This document shows, piece by piece, positions 12,805-25,000 of a stretch of DNA of 64,000 bases (within the stretch, counting starts at the first letter, position 1; each line of letters opens with the position of its first letter). Under the pieces are notes generated by a model that worked only from the letters and a program-made list of their open reading frames with translations, did not search any database and was not told the DNA's origin. Origin of the DNA: Mesotaenium endlicherianum (lineage: Eukaryota); contig WELA01003597.1 in NCBI GenBank assembly GCA_009602735.1, positions 62,001 through 126,000 on the forward strand, read 5' to 3'. A program made the position numbers and the translations under genes.

Positions 12805-13668
12805 GCATGCTTACCCTTAGAGAAAGAGCGCCGGGCCCTGGTCCTCTCCGCCTTCATCTCGTCACTCGTGCACCCTCTCAGCCCATCCAGTCTAGGGTTT
12901 CAAGGTGCAATGTGAGGAGGCAAGCTGATGGTGCCGTCCAGCGCGGGGTCGAAGTCGTTTTCGACAGCCCTGTCATTCCCTTGGTCCTCCAGGTCCATTG
13001 TCATTCAACGCTAATCCGTAGGCTGCTTAAAGAAAGCAAGGTCTGACTTCTTCAATGTACAGGGATACCAGTGTGCTGAGAACATCTGCTGATGGGTCTC
13101 CTTGGCCAAGAATTTTCAGCTCACCCTCTCCACCAGATATTGGTGGATACTCAGGCTATATATTTAAGGCCTTGGCTTCCTTGACAGTGTACCCCACCAT
13201 CCTGGCATAGTTATCGTACAAGAGATGTCCAGTGTGGATCTCAATATACTTGTCCACAGCTCCCACTCCTTCCCTTTGCAGGGTTGCCTTCTGATCTGCT
13301 GCCCTACTCTCCTGGGCAAATTTTAGTGCCTCTTGCCAAAGGCCAAATCTTTTTCCCAAGACTGTGTACCGATAGCTATCCAGTTTCTTCTTCCATTCTT
13401 CTTCTCCCTTACGTAGGCTTTTCTTCTCAGCCTTCTTGTCCTCAACTTTTCCGAGTCTGGCCTCCTTAGCCTTCTTGTCCTGCTCCTCTTTCCTGGCCCT
13501 TTCTTCATCTTCCCTTTTCTTCTCGGCCTCCTTCTTGAGTCGTCGACGTCGTTCTACCTCCCGTCCTGAAAGTGAACTGGCTCCAATGTCTCCCTGGAAT
13601 TCTTGATTTTGTTACCGGGCTTTGTCGGCCTTCCTCTTCCTCTTAAGTTTGTCCTTTTGTTTGGTCAT
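12805..13668 (-). pseudogene. Degenerate copy of retrotransposon accessory 3' ORF (homolog of 61878-63545)
   Basis: Translates to MTKQKDKLKRKRKADKAR*..FQGDIGASSLSGRE.., DKYIEIHTGHLLYDNYARMVGYTVKEAKA, HWYPCTLKKSD, LPPHIAP*NPRLDG, FSKGKHA, colinear with the 61.9-kb ORF. Confidence 0.85.
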
Positions 13669-14059
13669 CCTGCTCACATATGCAATAGCTCAGTTAGTGT
13701 AGTAATAGAATATAGGACACCCGAAGAGGCATAATGGGCAAGAACGTTGTTACAACCTGATTCTAATTTACCTTGCGAGGAGAGTGAGTGGGAGTGGTAA
13801 GCTTGACACAGAGGTATTTTAGAGAATGTAACGTTGTGATAAGTGAGTACGAGCGCAATTGAATGGGAGAGTTTATTTGTAAAGGCAGATTTCTAACTAC
13901 CAAAAATTTGTCGCACTCCTTTCAACTTGATTATAAGGCGGGTTGCCTGTCACAACCGTCCCTTAATTGTCACTTACTGTCACTTTCCCCTCCAACTTAA
14001 ATGGAGACAAGACCTCCTGTCACCTGTCCCTGGCAACCAAAATGACAGGTATGATGGGT

Positions 14060-16050
14060 TACCAGCTTCCGGAGATACAAACGTTTTAACGCCCCTCTTG
14101 CGTTGACTAAATGGTCCTTAAATTCCCATGTCCCCGGATGCATCATACCCCTTCCATCTGACAAGGTACTTCATGACATATTTAAATGATCGACGATTCG
14201 AAAGAGCCTCAAAAATCTCATCCACTTCATACACCTCAAGGTCACCATCGCAAACGGTGGGGCCCGGTCCCGGTTGGACAGGTAATTGATCTGTGAACAG
14301 CGTGTCAAACTTGATGTATGGTTCTAAGAAAGAGACATTAAAGACGAGATGTCCCTTATATTCCGTTGACATGTTGAATTTGTAAGCATTCTGACCGACT
14401 CGGCATACCACTGAGTATGGACCCACCCAAACTGGACCAAGCACTTTTTTGATCACACTAAGAAGGTACAGATGCTGAGAATGGAGTTTAACCAAGTCGC
14501 CCTTAGAAAATGTCAGTTCTTGACGGTGTTTATTAGCGTGTTTTTCTTGGATTTCCTGTGCCTTATACAGACTTCTTTGGAATTATGACGGGGTGTCAGC
14601 AAATTCCTAGGTTAGCAGAAGGGGGTCCTGATTGCCAAAATTCTCAGGGTGAGTCAATGACTCCCCCAGTACTTCCAAGGGGGACTTGAGAACTCTATCC
14701 CGACTGAGTTCAAAGGGAGTCCGTACCGTTGACGCATGAACATCACTGTTGATAGCAAACTGGATCTGAGGCAACAAGTCATCCCAATTATCCTATTTTT
14801 GATTTATGTAAGCTCTCAACTTCTCTTGCAAAACTCTGTGAGTTCTCTCAGTCCGCCCACCAGTTTGAGGGTGGTTTGATGTGCTAAGCAGCTGTTTGAC
14901 TCCCATTTTAGCATATTATTGATTCTTTTTTAGAGTGTTCTTCACTATCCGGAAGTGCTCAGCATGCTCAGACTCGTTTGTTGAGAAAAGTAGAATGTCA
15001 TCCAAAAAGACTCGCGCATAAACTTATCCAAAGAAGGCTTGAGAATATCATTCATAGCACCCATAAACGTAGCAGGAGCATTAGTCGGACCAAAAGGCAT
15101 CACATTAAACTCACAATGTCCATATTTTTTGTGGAAAGCAGTCTTGTGTTCATCTCCTTCAGCAATTCTGATCTGATGAATACCACTCCTAAGATCAATT
15201 GGACTGACACTTTAGCACTAGATAGTGTGTCAAGCACATCCTTGATTCTTGGTAAAGCATATTTGTTCTTTACAGTGACTTTGTTTAAGGCTCTGTAATC
15301 CACACACATTTGCATACTGACGTCTTTCTTTTTGACAATTAAAATGGGTGCGCCATAAGGAGATATGTACCCATTCTCCTCTAGTTCCTTAATTTGTGAG
15401 CTCTTCACTCTCCACATAAGGCAAGCCATAAGTGCGTAGACTTCCAGGTACCAAATCATCCTATTATCTACCTCCTTCTTAGGTGGCAGTCTTGGGGGCA
15501 TAAAAACATCATCATACTGAGCATCTATGTTTACAGCAGTGGGGTGCTCTGGAGGGCTCACCTTTTTCTCAACCACTTCTTTGAGTTCCAGAGGCACCTC
15601 TTTGAGCATTAGGCTCAACATTCTGTCCTCCTTCTGGTTCCAGCTTTGAACAAACTCCAATACAAGACAAAAGGAAAGACGCTAGTGGATGCCAAGTTAG
15701 TCTGCCCATCGCTGGTCTCTCTCACTCTAACCGTAACTCTGCTCCGACACACTTCAGCTTTATGTCTATTCTACCAGGACCTTCCTAGCACGAGATCATA
15801 AAAGCCAGTGTTGAGTACCTCAAATGCAAGCGTTTCAATTATAACTGCAATACGCTTGGTTATAATTCCTTCCCGGATACTTGAGGCATCTTCAAGGAAT
15901 GTTATTCTATTCCCTTGGGTAACATTAGGCAGCCTCAGCCGCTTAGCTAAGTCCTTAAGAATAAAAGCATGTGACGTCCCTCCGTCAACCAAAGCCCTTA
16001 CCTTCCTACCTGCAATTATGCAATGCAATAGAATAGGACAGAAGCGTCTT
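14060..16050 (-). pseudogene. Element D pol remnant (protease-RT fused by deletion to integrase core + chromodomain)
   Basis: ORF fragments 15771-16250, 15100-15660, 14118-14495. The RT end YAKM joins directly to integrase MGVKQLLST at an AATG microhomology (~14905), removing RNase H and the integrase N-terminus. Confidence 0.85.
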
Positions 16051-17171
16051 ACTTCCACAGGCTTTCGCCCAAGTTGGGGGTTTACAGAATGAACAAGTTT
16101 GTAGAATTCACGTCTAAACAGCTTAACAGGCAATGTCAAGTTCAAGGAAAATCGCCCTTCAAGGCTTTCGTCTAACTTCCACGAGTCACAGCTTACAAAA
16201 CTCTGAACTGCACATCTATGCTGGCCTGGTCTGAGCTTTTCGCTCAACACCGCGCCTTAACAGCTCTTCACTGCTTGGTTGGGCTCACTCAGTTCTTCAC
16301 TGAGAGCTTTACTTGTTAATACTACTCTTGCTATCAGCAATTCGACAATAGAGACTTCTGAGGACTTGGAGTCTACCACAGCACTAACCATTTTAAGTGA
16401 CCCTCGCACGCTTGCAGCGTTTGACCTCAATCTGTGCTAATCTCTTAACAGATTCTATTCTACAGCTCTCTACTTTCCACCAGCGAGATCCTCTCTTGGG
16501 AACTCCTGAGGCCTAACCTTTCTATGATACACAAGGAAGAAATCTTCCAGCGTCGGTAGAAGCGTGGCGCCTCGGCCCTTCTATGGCCTTGGGAACTCCT
16601 TCTTCTTTGCGCTCCTTCTGCTTCTTCAGCTTCCTTTGACAACAATGCGAGCAAGAATGAGGCTGCTTCAGGCAGAACTCGTGACTTTCACAAACACCAC
16701 AGTGTCCTCTTTCGAGAATACCAGTGCTTAGTCACAGCGCTTAGCTTGCATGCCGTCCTTACCCAGCAGCTCTCACATAGCTTAGAAGTTGTCATTCGGC
16801 ATGCATGCATGCATTGGAATTGTTGCGCGTGACCACTTAGCCTTCCAACTGACAATCACGCCTATGTGGCTAGCTGGCAGCGTTTAGGATGAACGCTCAG
16901 GCCGTGACCAGTCACCTGAGGGCCTAGCCGAGGCGGCACACAACGCCCTTTGCAACATCCCTGCTGTACTTGGCTTGGATAGCCGATTGATCAGTACCTT
17001 TCTTGGCACTCGCTGGGTTGGCTCATTGCTGGTTCCATTGCCCTAGCCTTTCGGCTGACCACTCGGTCCACATCCCCATCCCGTCCTGGGTGTGGTTGTG
17101 ACGTGTCGTGACCAGTTTGACAGTGACAACGACTTCAACATGACCGCTGACTCGGTCCTCTGGTCGGTGAG

Positions 17172-18433
17172 TGAAATAAATCTTGCTTATTCAAGATTAA
17201 TATATTTCATTTAAATATAAAAGATCAAAGATAGGTGGAAGCGTGTGAAATCAGGGAGCGATCTTCGCCCATATAATGAATTTCGTTTACTCATCTATAG
17301 CCCTTGACTCACTTATCGTAGTGTGCCATAGTTGCACACGAATACAAGGCACAAGAAAGAGGCGAGCTTGAGGACTAGAGCTTCTCCTTTAGAAACTCCT
17401 GACCTCTTGCCTACTAGGCATACAAGCATGTGTAAGCACATACACAACATCAGGGGACTGAATAGCAAAGGCGCTCTCATTCAGATGACCATAAAGTAGC
17501 TCAAACACATCCCACTGACTTAGGTGCAAAAACCATGGAATCTGTCCGCTGTGTGACCCCGAAATGTCAGAGGGCATAACTCTGTCAAACTATTCCAAAT
17601 TGAGCAAACTCAACGGCAACGGATGCATCTTGACGAGACCTTTCCGAAAAGTCCTAGTTCGCTCCAAATGGAGGGAAAACGAAGCATCCATGGCAATTTC
17701 CGTGAAGGCTGGTCATTAGAAACAACCCAAAAAGTGCACACATCACTTGCAAGTAGAAATCCGACTGTAAAGCCTACTGTCCAGAATGAGGGACCACGAG
17801 ATCCCAGCCTGCTATGTACCTAGTGACCACCTGGTTGACCACGGCGCAAGGTGCGCCGTTTCGTGGGAAACCCGTTAAGTTGGGACCCACGGATCTAGGT
17901 ATAACGACCATATTAATTGGTCGGTTGACTGAAGTCCTAACTATTCAGCTGACTGACGACGGCTCCGCCTACGCAGGAGTTAACCACACTGGTAGGACAT
18001 CGGTTTACCGAATCTCAGTCGACCTCCCAACTTTCAGTATACTTCGGTCACATGTACCAATCTACAAATAACAATCTAAATGAATATGTCTATCCTCTGC
18101 GTACTGAAGCTAAGTATATTGACTAATTTCAAGCGAGCTTACTATATGTCAACCTACTGATATTATATCCTATATATAACTGATATATAAACCTCAGCAA
18201 ACTACACTATGATATAAAAGTCATCCTGCTGACCTTTTCAACAAAGTCAGCAGACTACACTATGGTACAAAAGTCATCCTGCTGCCCTTTTTGACAAAGT
18301 AAGTAAGCTCGCATTACATCGACATACATTCATTTAGATGAACTCGCACATGTGAGTATATAGATATAATACTTATTTAGTGTTATATTTATATATGCAA
18401 TTAATTAAATAAATAATGAATTGATTCATTACA
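17172..18433 (-). repeat. 3' LTR of element A
   Basis: TGAAATAAATC...GATTCATTACA; matches 22068-23329; adjacent to PPT. Confidence 0.93.
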
Positions 18434-21400
18434 ATCTCCCCAACTTAAATCGTTGTCGCCTCGACAACACTCAGCGTATGATACTTTTATTTAATAATAC
18501 ACTTCAGTCAATTAGGTGAAGCAAAGCAAGCAAACAAAACATGAGCGTGACATATTCACCTACCTTGTGCAAGTAAAAATCAATCACAACAAATTGTCAT
18601 GCAAGCAACCATCTGACTTCACAGTCATTAACTAAAGACATGCATGGACTTACCCCTACTCACAATAGTCCTTCCAGTTGAAAGACATAATAGAGCACCT
18701 CACACCATGCAAACCACACCCAAATCAAACAGCCTCCTTTCGAGGTCAAACAATGAAAGAATGTTATTAAAGCTCAGCGTACTGAACTAAGCCTTTTTTC
18801 CTTCTCTTGGTCTTCAACTCCTGCCGTGCTCCCACCTTGAAAGCTCCTCACAAGCAACTTCTTGTGACTTAGGTACCTGCTCAAAATTCAGCGTACTGAA
18901 GGAAAGGGAGACCAACTGGTTTGATGGCATTGAATGCCCTCACAAGATGAGTAGCATCAGGTCAATGAGCCCAAGAAATTTTGTAGATTTTAACCACATT
19001 TTCAGAACACTTTAAGTTCAAAGAAGCATATGGTTTTGAGCAATATGCTGGTCACCTCAAGCAATTCCTTGATGTGCCATGCATCATTGCTACCTAATCC
19101 AACTTATGGCAATGTATCGACTCAGTTAGTACGTACACTTGCTCCAACAGTGTACTGCAACTCACAGTTTACACCAGTCAGTCACCGATGCTCCTGATAT
19201 TAATGCAGTACATACATAGGACGTGGCAGTGTAGACTCAGTATGTACATACACTTGCTGCTGAGTATGCAGGTAAGCACAGCTTACTGAATACTCCTAAT
19301 ACACATCCCATCTCCCTCTCCCCAACTTAAATAGCTGTCGACCCGACAGCTTTCACCACATAAGCACACCAAAAAGTGCGTACAAGTCCGCATCATAGGA
19401 ACCACACAGAGTGACAGTCACAGAGGATTGCGGAGGTACGAGTGGGTGGAGGAGAATCAACAAAGGAATACCGAGAGAGGACACAAAGTGCAAACACCCA
19501 AGTAAGCAAGAAAGAAAGTAAGTCCCCCCCCAAAAAAAAAAATAGTCCACTTTTTTTAGGGTTAGAGCAACGCCCGAAGTGGCATAGGAAAGAGTGTACT
19601 GCCATTCAGACCCTCTCACCATAAAGCTCTATCCATGACTGACCCAATCTCAAGCCTGCGTATTACACCCCTCCGTTTGGAAGTGTAGATAGCTTGCTAC
19701 GAGATAAAGACGACTGGCCCCATTAGCAAGTTCCTCCTATACCAAAGAGTAGCTCAGTTAGCTGACACTACCTACGCATGCATACTATGACTCATAGCAG
19801 TCATTCCTAGCAAGACATACGCCAAAATGACAACCACCAAATAGTGAGAGTCAATAATCCAAGTGAAAAGGGAACAGAAACAACCAACTGTATCATAGTT
19901 CTGATGTTTCAGGATACTCCCTCCTTCAGGCCTTACTCCCTGAAGTTGCCCAGAGGATAGGTGGGGAAGCGTCACGCGGCAGCGTTCAGCATGCCAACTC
20001 CTCGGCCTCTCTCGACCTGTATGTCACCATTGCTCCACACTCTGCTTGCTGGTCTCAGGCTGTCAAACACACAACAAGCCAGTGTGTAAGTTGCCTTCCA
20101 TGAGCTTAGCTACGCGTGGTAAACACCACACCGTAGCTGCATCAGTCTACTCAAGATCTGATGACTCCATCTTACATAGTTCTCGGGAGGGCGAGGCAAA
20201 CATTGGGATCACATAGACTCAACCAATGACAATGGGCAAACTCAGTATAGCTCAAAACTAAGTTCCTCTCTGGAGGCACATACATGGCACCTATTGCAAT
20301 TGCAGCAAGCACTTAGCAAGCCAATAACAACAGCGTGCATAAATCATTGGTAAGACTTTCGCACTGTAACCCCAAGCTAGCAAGAAGAATGTTTGTGCAT
20401 CAGACTGAACAGGATCATTCAAGCCATGCATTGCGAGAATGTCTATAATGTCAATGGTCTCTTCTGTCTTTACTTAGGTGTGCATAGTGAATCTATTACA
20501 GCAGGGCCCATTTTACACCTGCTCTACGGTATGCTAACGGCGATCCACTACCTCTAGCACCCGGGATGCAAATTTCATGCACCTGACGCATATACAAATG
20601 CATCTTGCATGCTACCTAGCATGCGCCTCTAGCGAGCTCAGTTAGCTGCAAGGCCGGCAGAAACCTAGCACACTGCTTATATGCCCAGATCGTCCCTATG
20701 ACAAAGACACAAACCTCCTTACACTTGACCAAGTGTACAGGTGGCATCCAAAAACAAATAGCCAACTAGACCAAGGCAAGTAGTCAAACCCCCTCTAGTA
20801 TCCACGTTGACTTTCCATACGTCAGTCAACACACCGTACAGACCTAAGTCTCGATATGCTCATCTATTTGATTATCTCGCTGGCTCCGACGAGCCACAAT
20901 CCCACAGTAAGACATGTCACGCACCAAGCATGGCAACACCAAGAGCTAGTTCAGCTCAAGCACTCAAAGTACTCATTCATCGCGACTGCTCTCGGACACT
21001 TATCCTCTAATAAGTCATGCAAACTAAAGAGAGTTAAAGGGAAGCCCTTGCGTCCATAAACCCAAGCCCTTAAACCCTTCAACCACATTAGGTCAAATAA
21101 TCCAGCAAACTGACTTAACCAAAGTCAGCAATCACATAAGATCCGCATCCAAAACCTCTGCACACTGACTAGACTTATCTTAAGCTTAAACCCCAAGCTC
21201 CTACGATCCCATCAAGCACCACAAAAGCACCGTCTCACACATAGCATTCAAGCACAAGGCACATACTCTAAACCTTCCAGCACACGTCAATGTGGCAAAC
21301 GAGAGGAGCACACAATGTCACAGCCATGGTTGGGAAAAGAGGGTATCTGTAGGATGCCATTGTTGCTGTGGAAGCCTCTGCTCATAGAAGTTGCAGCATG

Positions 21401-22067
21401 CTGAAGCTTGTGGACGACGTAGTGCACTTGGACCGTGGCGACGAAAAGCTGTCGTAATCCATACTTGGAAACTTAAGTTAGTAAATCATGTGTGCACGCA
21501 CTGTCTCAATTGCTCAACACATGCAGCCATACCCAAGCTCCCTCAACCTAACTACCACACAAATAATGAGAGAGGTACGTCTCTTGCAAAGCAACAAGCT
21601 TAAACCCGAAGGGATAGCACAACAGACTGAAAAGTCCTCTAGCACCGCTGGAGTGCACACCTCTCTCTATACTAGCCGTGGATTGCATATAACAACACAC
21701 AACGACTATGATCAAGTGAGGTAAATGAGTCACATCCAGCTTGCTATGATGCAACTCCCTTGAGGCTACCCTTGATGCTTGCAGACACCTCTTCCATCAC
21801 GCCTCCAGTTTAGGCTTCCCGTTGCGTGGATCTGTACACAACAGGCTAGGAAAGTCAAGTTAGTATGCCGCATAGTACATTGAGCCTAGAGACACACTAG
21901 GTGAGCAAGTGGAAGAATCCTGGACAGGATGTGCAATGCTCTACATCATACACTTCCCAAGCTCCACCTAGACTCATCATACCACATAAGTAAGCCTCAC
22001 ACACCTACCTCATGAGACAAAGAAGACGAGCACGGACATTCAAGAAAGGACTTAGCTCCGATACCAC

Positions 22068-23329
22068 TGAAATGAATCTTGCTTATTCAAGATTAATATA
22101 TTTCATCTAAATATAAAAGATCAGAGATAGGTGGAAGCGTGTGAAATCAGGGAGCGATCTTCGCCCTTATAATGAATTCTGTTTACTCATCTATAGCCCT
22201 TGACTCACTTATCGTAGTGTGCCATAGTTGCACACGAATACAAGGCACAAGAAAGAGGCGAGCTTGAGGACTAGAGCTTCTCCTTTAGATACTCCTGACC
22301 TCTTGCCTACCAGGCATACAAGCATGTGTAAGTACATACACAACATCAGGGGACTGAATAGCAAAGGCGCTCTCATTCAGATGACCATAAAGTAGCTCAA
22401 ACACATCCCACTGACTTAGGTGCAAAAACCATGGAATCTGTCCGCTGTGTGACCCCGAAATGTCAGAGGGCATAACTCTGTCAAACTATTCCAAATTGAG
22501 CAAACTCAACGGCAACGGATGCATCTTGACGAGGCCTTTCCGAAAAGTCCTAGTTCGCTCCAAATGGAGGGAAAACGAAGCATCCATGGCAATTTCCGTG
22601 AAGGCTGGTCATTAGAACAAACCCAAAAAGTGCACACATCACTTGCAAGAAGAAATCCGACTGTAAAGCCTACTGTCCAGAATGAGGGACCACAAGATCC
22701 CAGCCTGCTATGTACCTAGTGACCACCTGGTTGACCACGGCGCAAGGTGCGCCGTTTCGTGGGAAACCCGTTAAGTTGGGACCCACGGATCTAGGTATAA
22801 CGACCATATTAATTGGTTGGTTGACTGAAGTCCTAATAGTTCAGTTGACTGACGACGGCTCCGCCTACCCAGGAGTTAACCACACTGGTAGGACATCGGT
22901 TTACCGAATCTCAGTCGACCTCCCGACTTTCAGTATACTTCGGTCACATGTACCAATCTACAAATAACAATCTAAATGAATATGTCTATCCTCTGCGTAC
23001 TGAAGCTAAGTATATTGACTAATATCAAGCGAGCTTACTATATGTCAACCTACTGATATTATATCCTATATATAACTGATATATAAATCTCAGCAAATTA
23101 CACTATGATATAAAAGTCATCCTGCTGACCTTTTCAACAAAGTCAGCAGACTACACTATGGTACAAAAGTCATCTTGCTGACCTTTTTGACAAAGTAAGT
23201 AAGCTCGCATTACATCGACATACATTCATTTAGATGAACTCGCACATGTGAGTATATAGATATAATACTTATTTAGTGTTATATTTATATATGCAATTAA
23301 TTAAATAAATAATAAATTGATTCATTACA
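22068..23329 (-). repeat. 5' LTR of element A
   Basis: TGAAATGAATC...GATTCATTACA; adjacent to PBS. Confidence 0.93.
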
Positions 23330-23699
23330 GGAGTCAATGCTAACTTCCCGTACTTGGGCGGCCGTGACTTGCGCTGCGCGTGCGGCACCGTCAAGTGGAT
23401 AGCAGTCGCGACAGCTGTCGTGCCTAACAGCGTCGGACCTCTGGCGCATGCGTGGCTTCTCAGCACGTGTGCCTTCGACTTGGTGCCTCGACTGACTCTT
23501 CCTGACTTTTGCATCGTTCCCCTGGCTTAGCAAAGAAATGTTGGACATCAGGTGGAACGAGACCATCCAGAGTCTCCACTCTCTAGAGACCTATATTACT
23601 GATGGTCTCCTTTATTTGGTTGTCGGGCATGCGTAGTGAATTCAGTTCAGCAGGGCCCATAACGCCTTTTACGAGGGCAGCTAGTGATGACTCACTTCC

Positions 23700-25000
23700 T
23701 CTAGCATCCTCACAGTCAATCGACTGGATTACTGACTGTTGCTGTCTTCTAAAGGCTGGTCCTTGCGTTCCACCTTGGGTAGGTTTTTCTTATGACAATG
23801 CTCCCTGTAGTGGCCTTTCTCTTCGCAATGGTAGCAAATAGATTTTGCTGAGGCTGGTTCCTGCGTAGTCCTACCACCACCTCTTTCAAAGCCTCCTCGA
23901 GAGTACCCACCTCTCCCTTCAGACTGTATAGCATTGTACTCATACCCATAAGACTCTTGCTCATCAAACTAATCATCCTCAGCCTAGTCTTTTTCAATAG
24001 CATTGTAGGAACCATGTGACTTTTTGACAATTTTAGCCACCAAAGCAGTACTCTGGCGCTTATGATTGAACTGTTGCTGATCCCAGGCATCCGTGTCTCG
24101 GATCAAGTCAGCCAACTTCTCATACTTCTTTTCAGCAAAATGACTCAAGACTTCAGACTTCAAGCCAAAGCAAAAGTATGCTATCCTATACAACTCTGGC
24201 AACGCAGGCTGCTTCATCATGTTCTCCTGAAACTACTGAGCATAATCGGCGACTGAAGTGCATCATTGACAAGGAGATCATTGCATATATAGCTTTCTCT
24301 TGCTGATTGATGACATCGAACTTCTCATGCAATTGCTCAACAAACTCTTACCACAAGGGGTCACCCAGTTGGTTAGCCTTATGCTCTCCCTTCTAGAAGA
24401 GCCTTTAGTCTGCTGTGCTGTCGCTCAGCAAAGCACCATTGTGCCTCATCTTCTCAGAATCTTATTTGTTTGGATAGTTTTCTAGCCACTGCTCAACATC
24501 ACCAAGAAAATTTAGCAGGTAACACATTTTGTTTCCCTCAAGGTCATCGTCTTGAGGTGGTTTTGGCTTTGGCCCTTCTTCCTCCACCAGGAGTGTGTGA
24601 ACCCAGTTGGTCCTTCTCACGCAACATTGTCATCATAAACCTTTTGTCCTGAACTGATACATCATTGCCATCCGAGATTGCATCTGAACAAATATTGCAC
24701 CCAAATTGACCATGTGAGGTGGCAATCCCGCCCTAGCAACAGTAACAGCATTAAATCGCTAAGCAACATTTCTCTTACTGCGGCATTAGCAGTTCCTGCT
24801 CCACTTCACTGTCTATTTATCTGGCTAATAGGTATAGTATTAGTTCCAGCTGAAGGTTGATTTCGACAACCCAGGCATAATCTTCAACCGTTCTCTTGTC
24901 CACCAGACGCCGCTTTTTGACATCCGCATCCTGCTGTGCCTTAGCTACACGCTCAATCTCTATCCTGGTGCGCTGCTCTTCACCCTCGTGAGCTCCTAAT
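23700..25000 (-). pseudogene. Element D gag remnant
   Basis: YEKLADLIRDTDAWDQQQFNHKRQSTALVAKIVK is homologous to the gag at 47.5-47.75 kb. Degenerate zinc-knuckle region near 23800-23850. Confidence 0.75.

Larger units (their letters stand above)
17172..23329 (-). mobile_element. Non-autonomous LTR retroelement (LARD-like, 'element A') inserted in element D
   Basis: Two ~1262-bp near-identical direct repeats with TG...CA ends. PBS TGGTATCGGAGC (tRNA-iMet type) on minus strand at ~22054-22066. PPT TAAGTTGGGGAGAT at 18434-18447. The 3.6-kb interior has no recognisable gag/pol ORF. TSD is imperfect (GTGAG vs GGAG). Confidence 0.88.
12805..25000 (-). mobile_element. Degenerate Ty3/gypsy chromovirus ('element D'), interrupted by element A; LTRs not evident
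   Basis: Minus-strand order: gag (25000-23700), spacer, protease (ALVDGGTSHAFI, ~16050-15770), RT ([16 protein letters not shown], ~15500-14910), integrase C-terminus + chromodomain (WVGPY..YLVRWKGYD, ~14900-14060), accessory ORF (13668-12805). Many stops and frameshifts. Boundaries approximate. Confidence 0.85.

Noticed and set aside
17389..18071. Duplicated short ORFs (also 22285-22967)
   Set aside because: They lie within the two LTRs of element A; duplication reflects LTR identity, not coding function.
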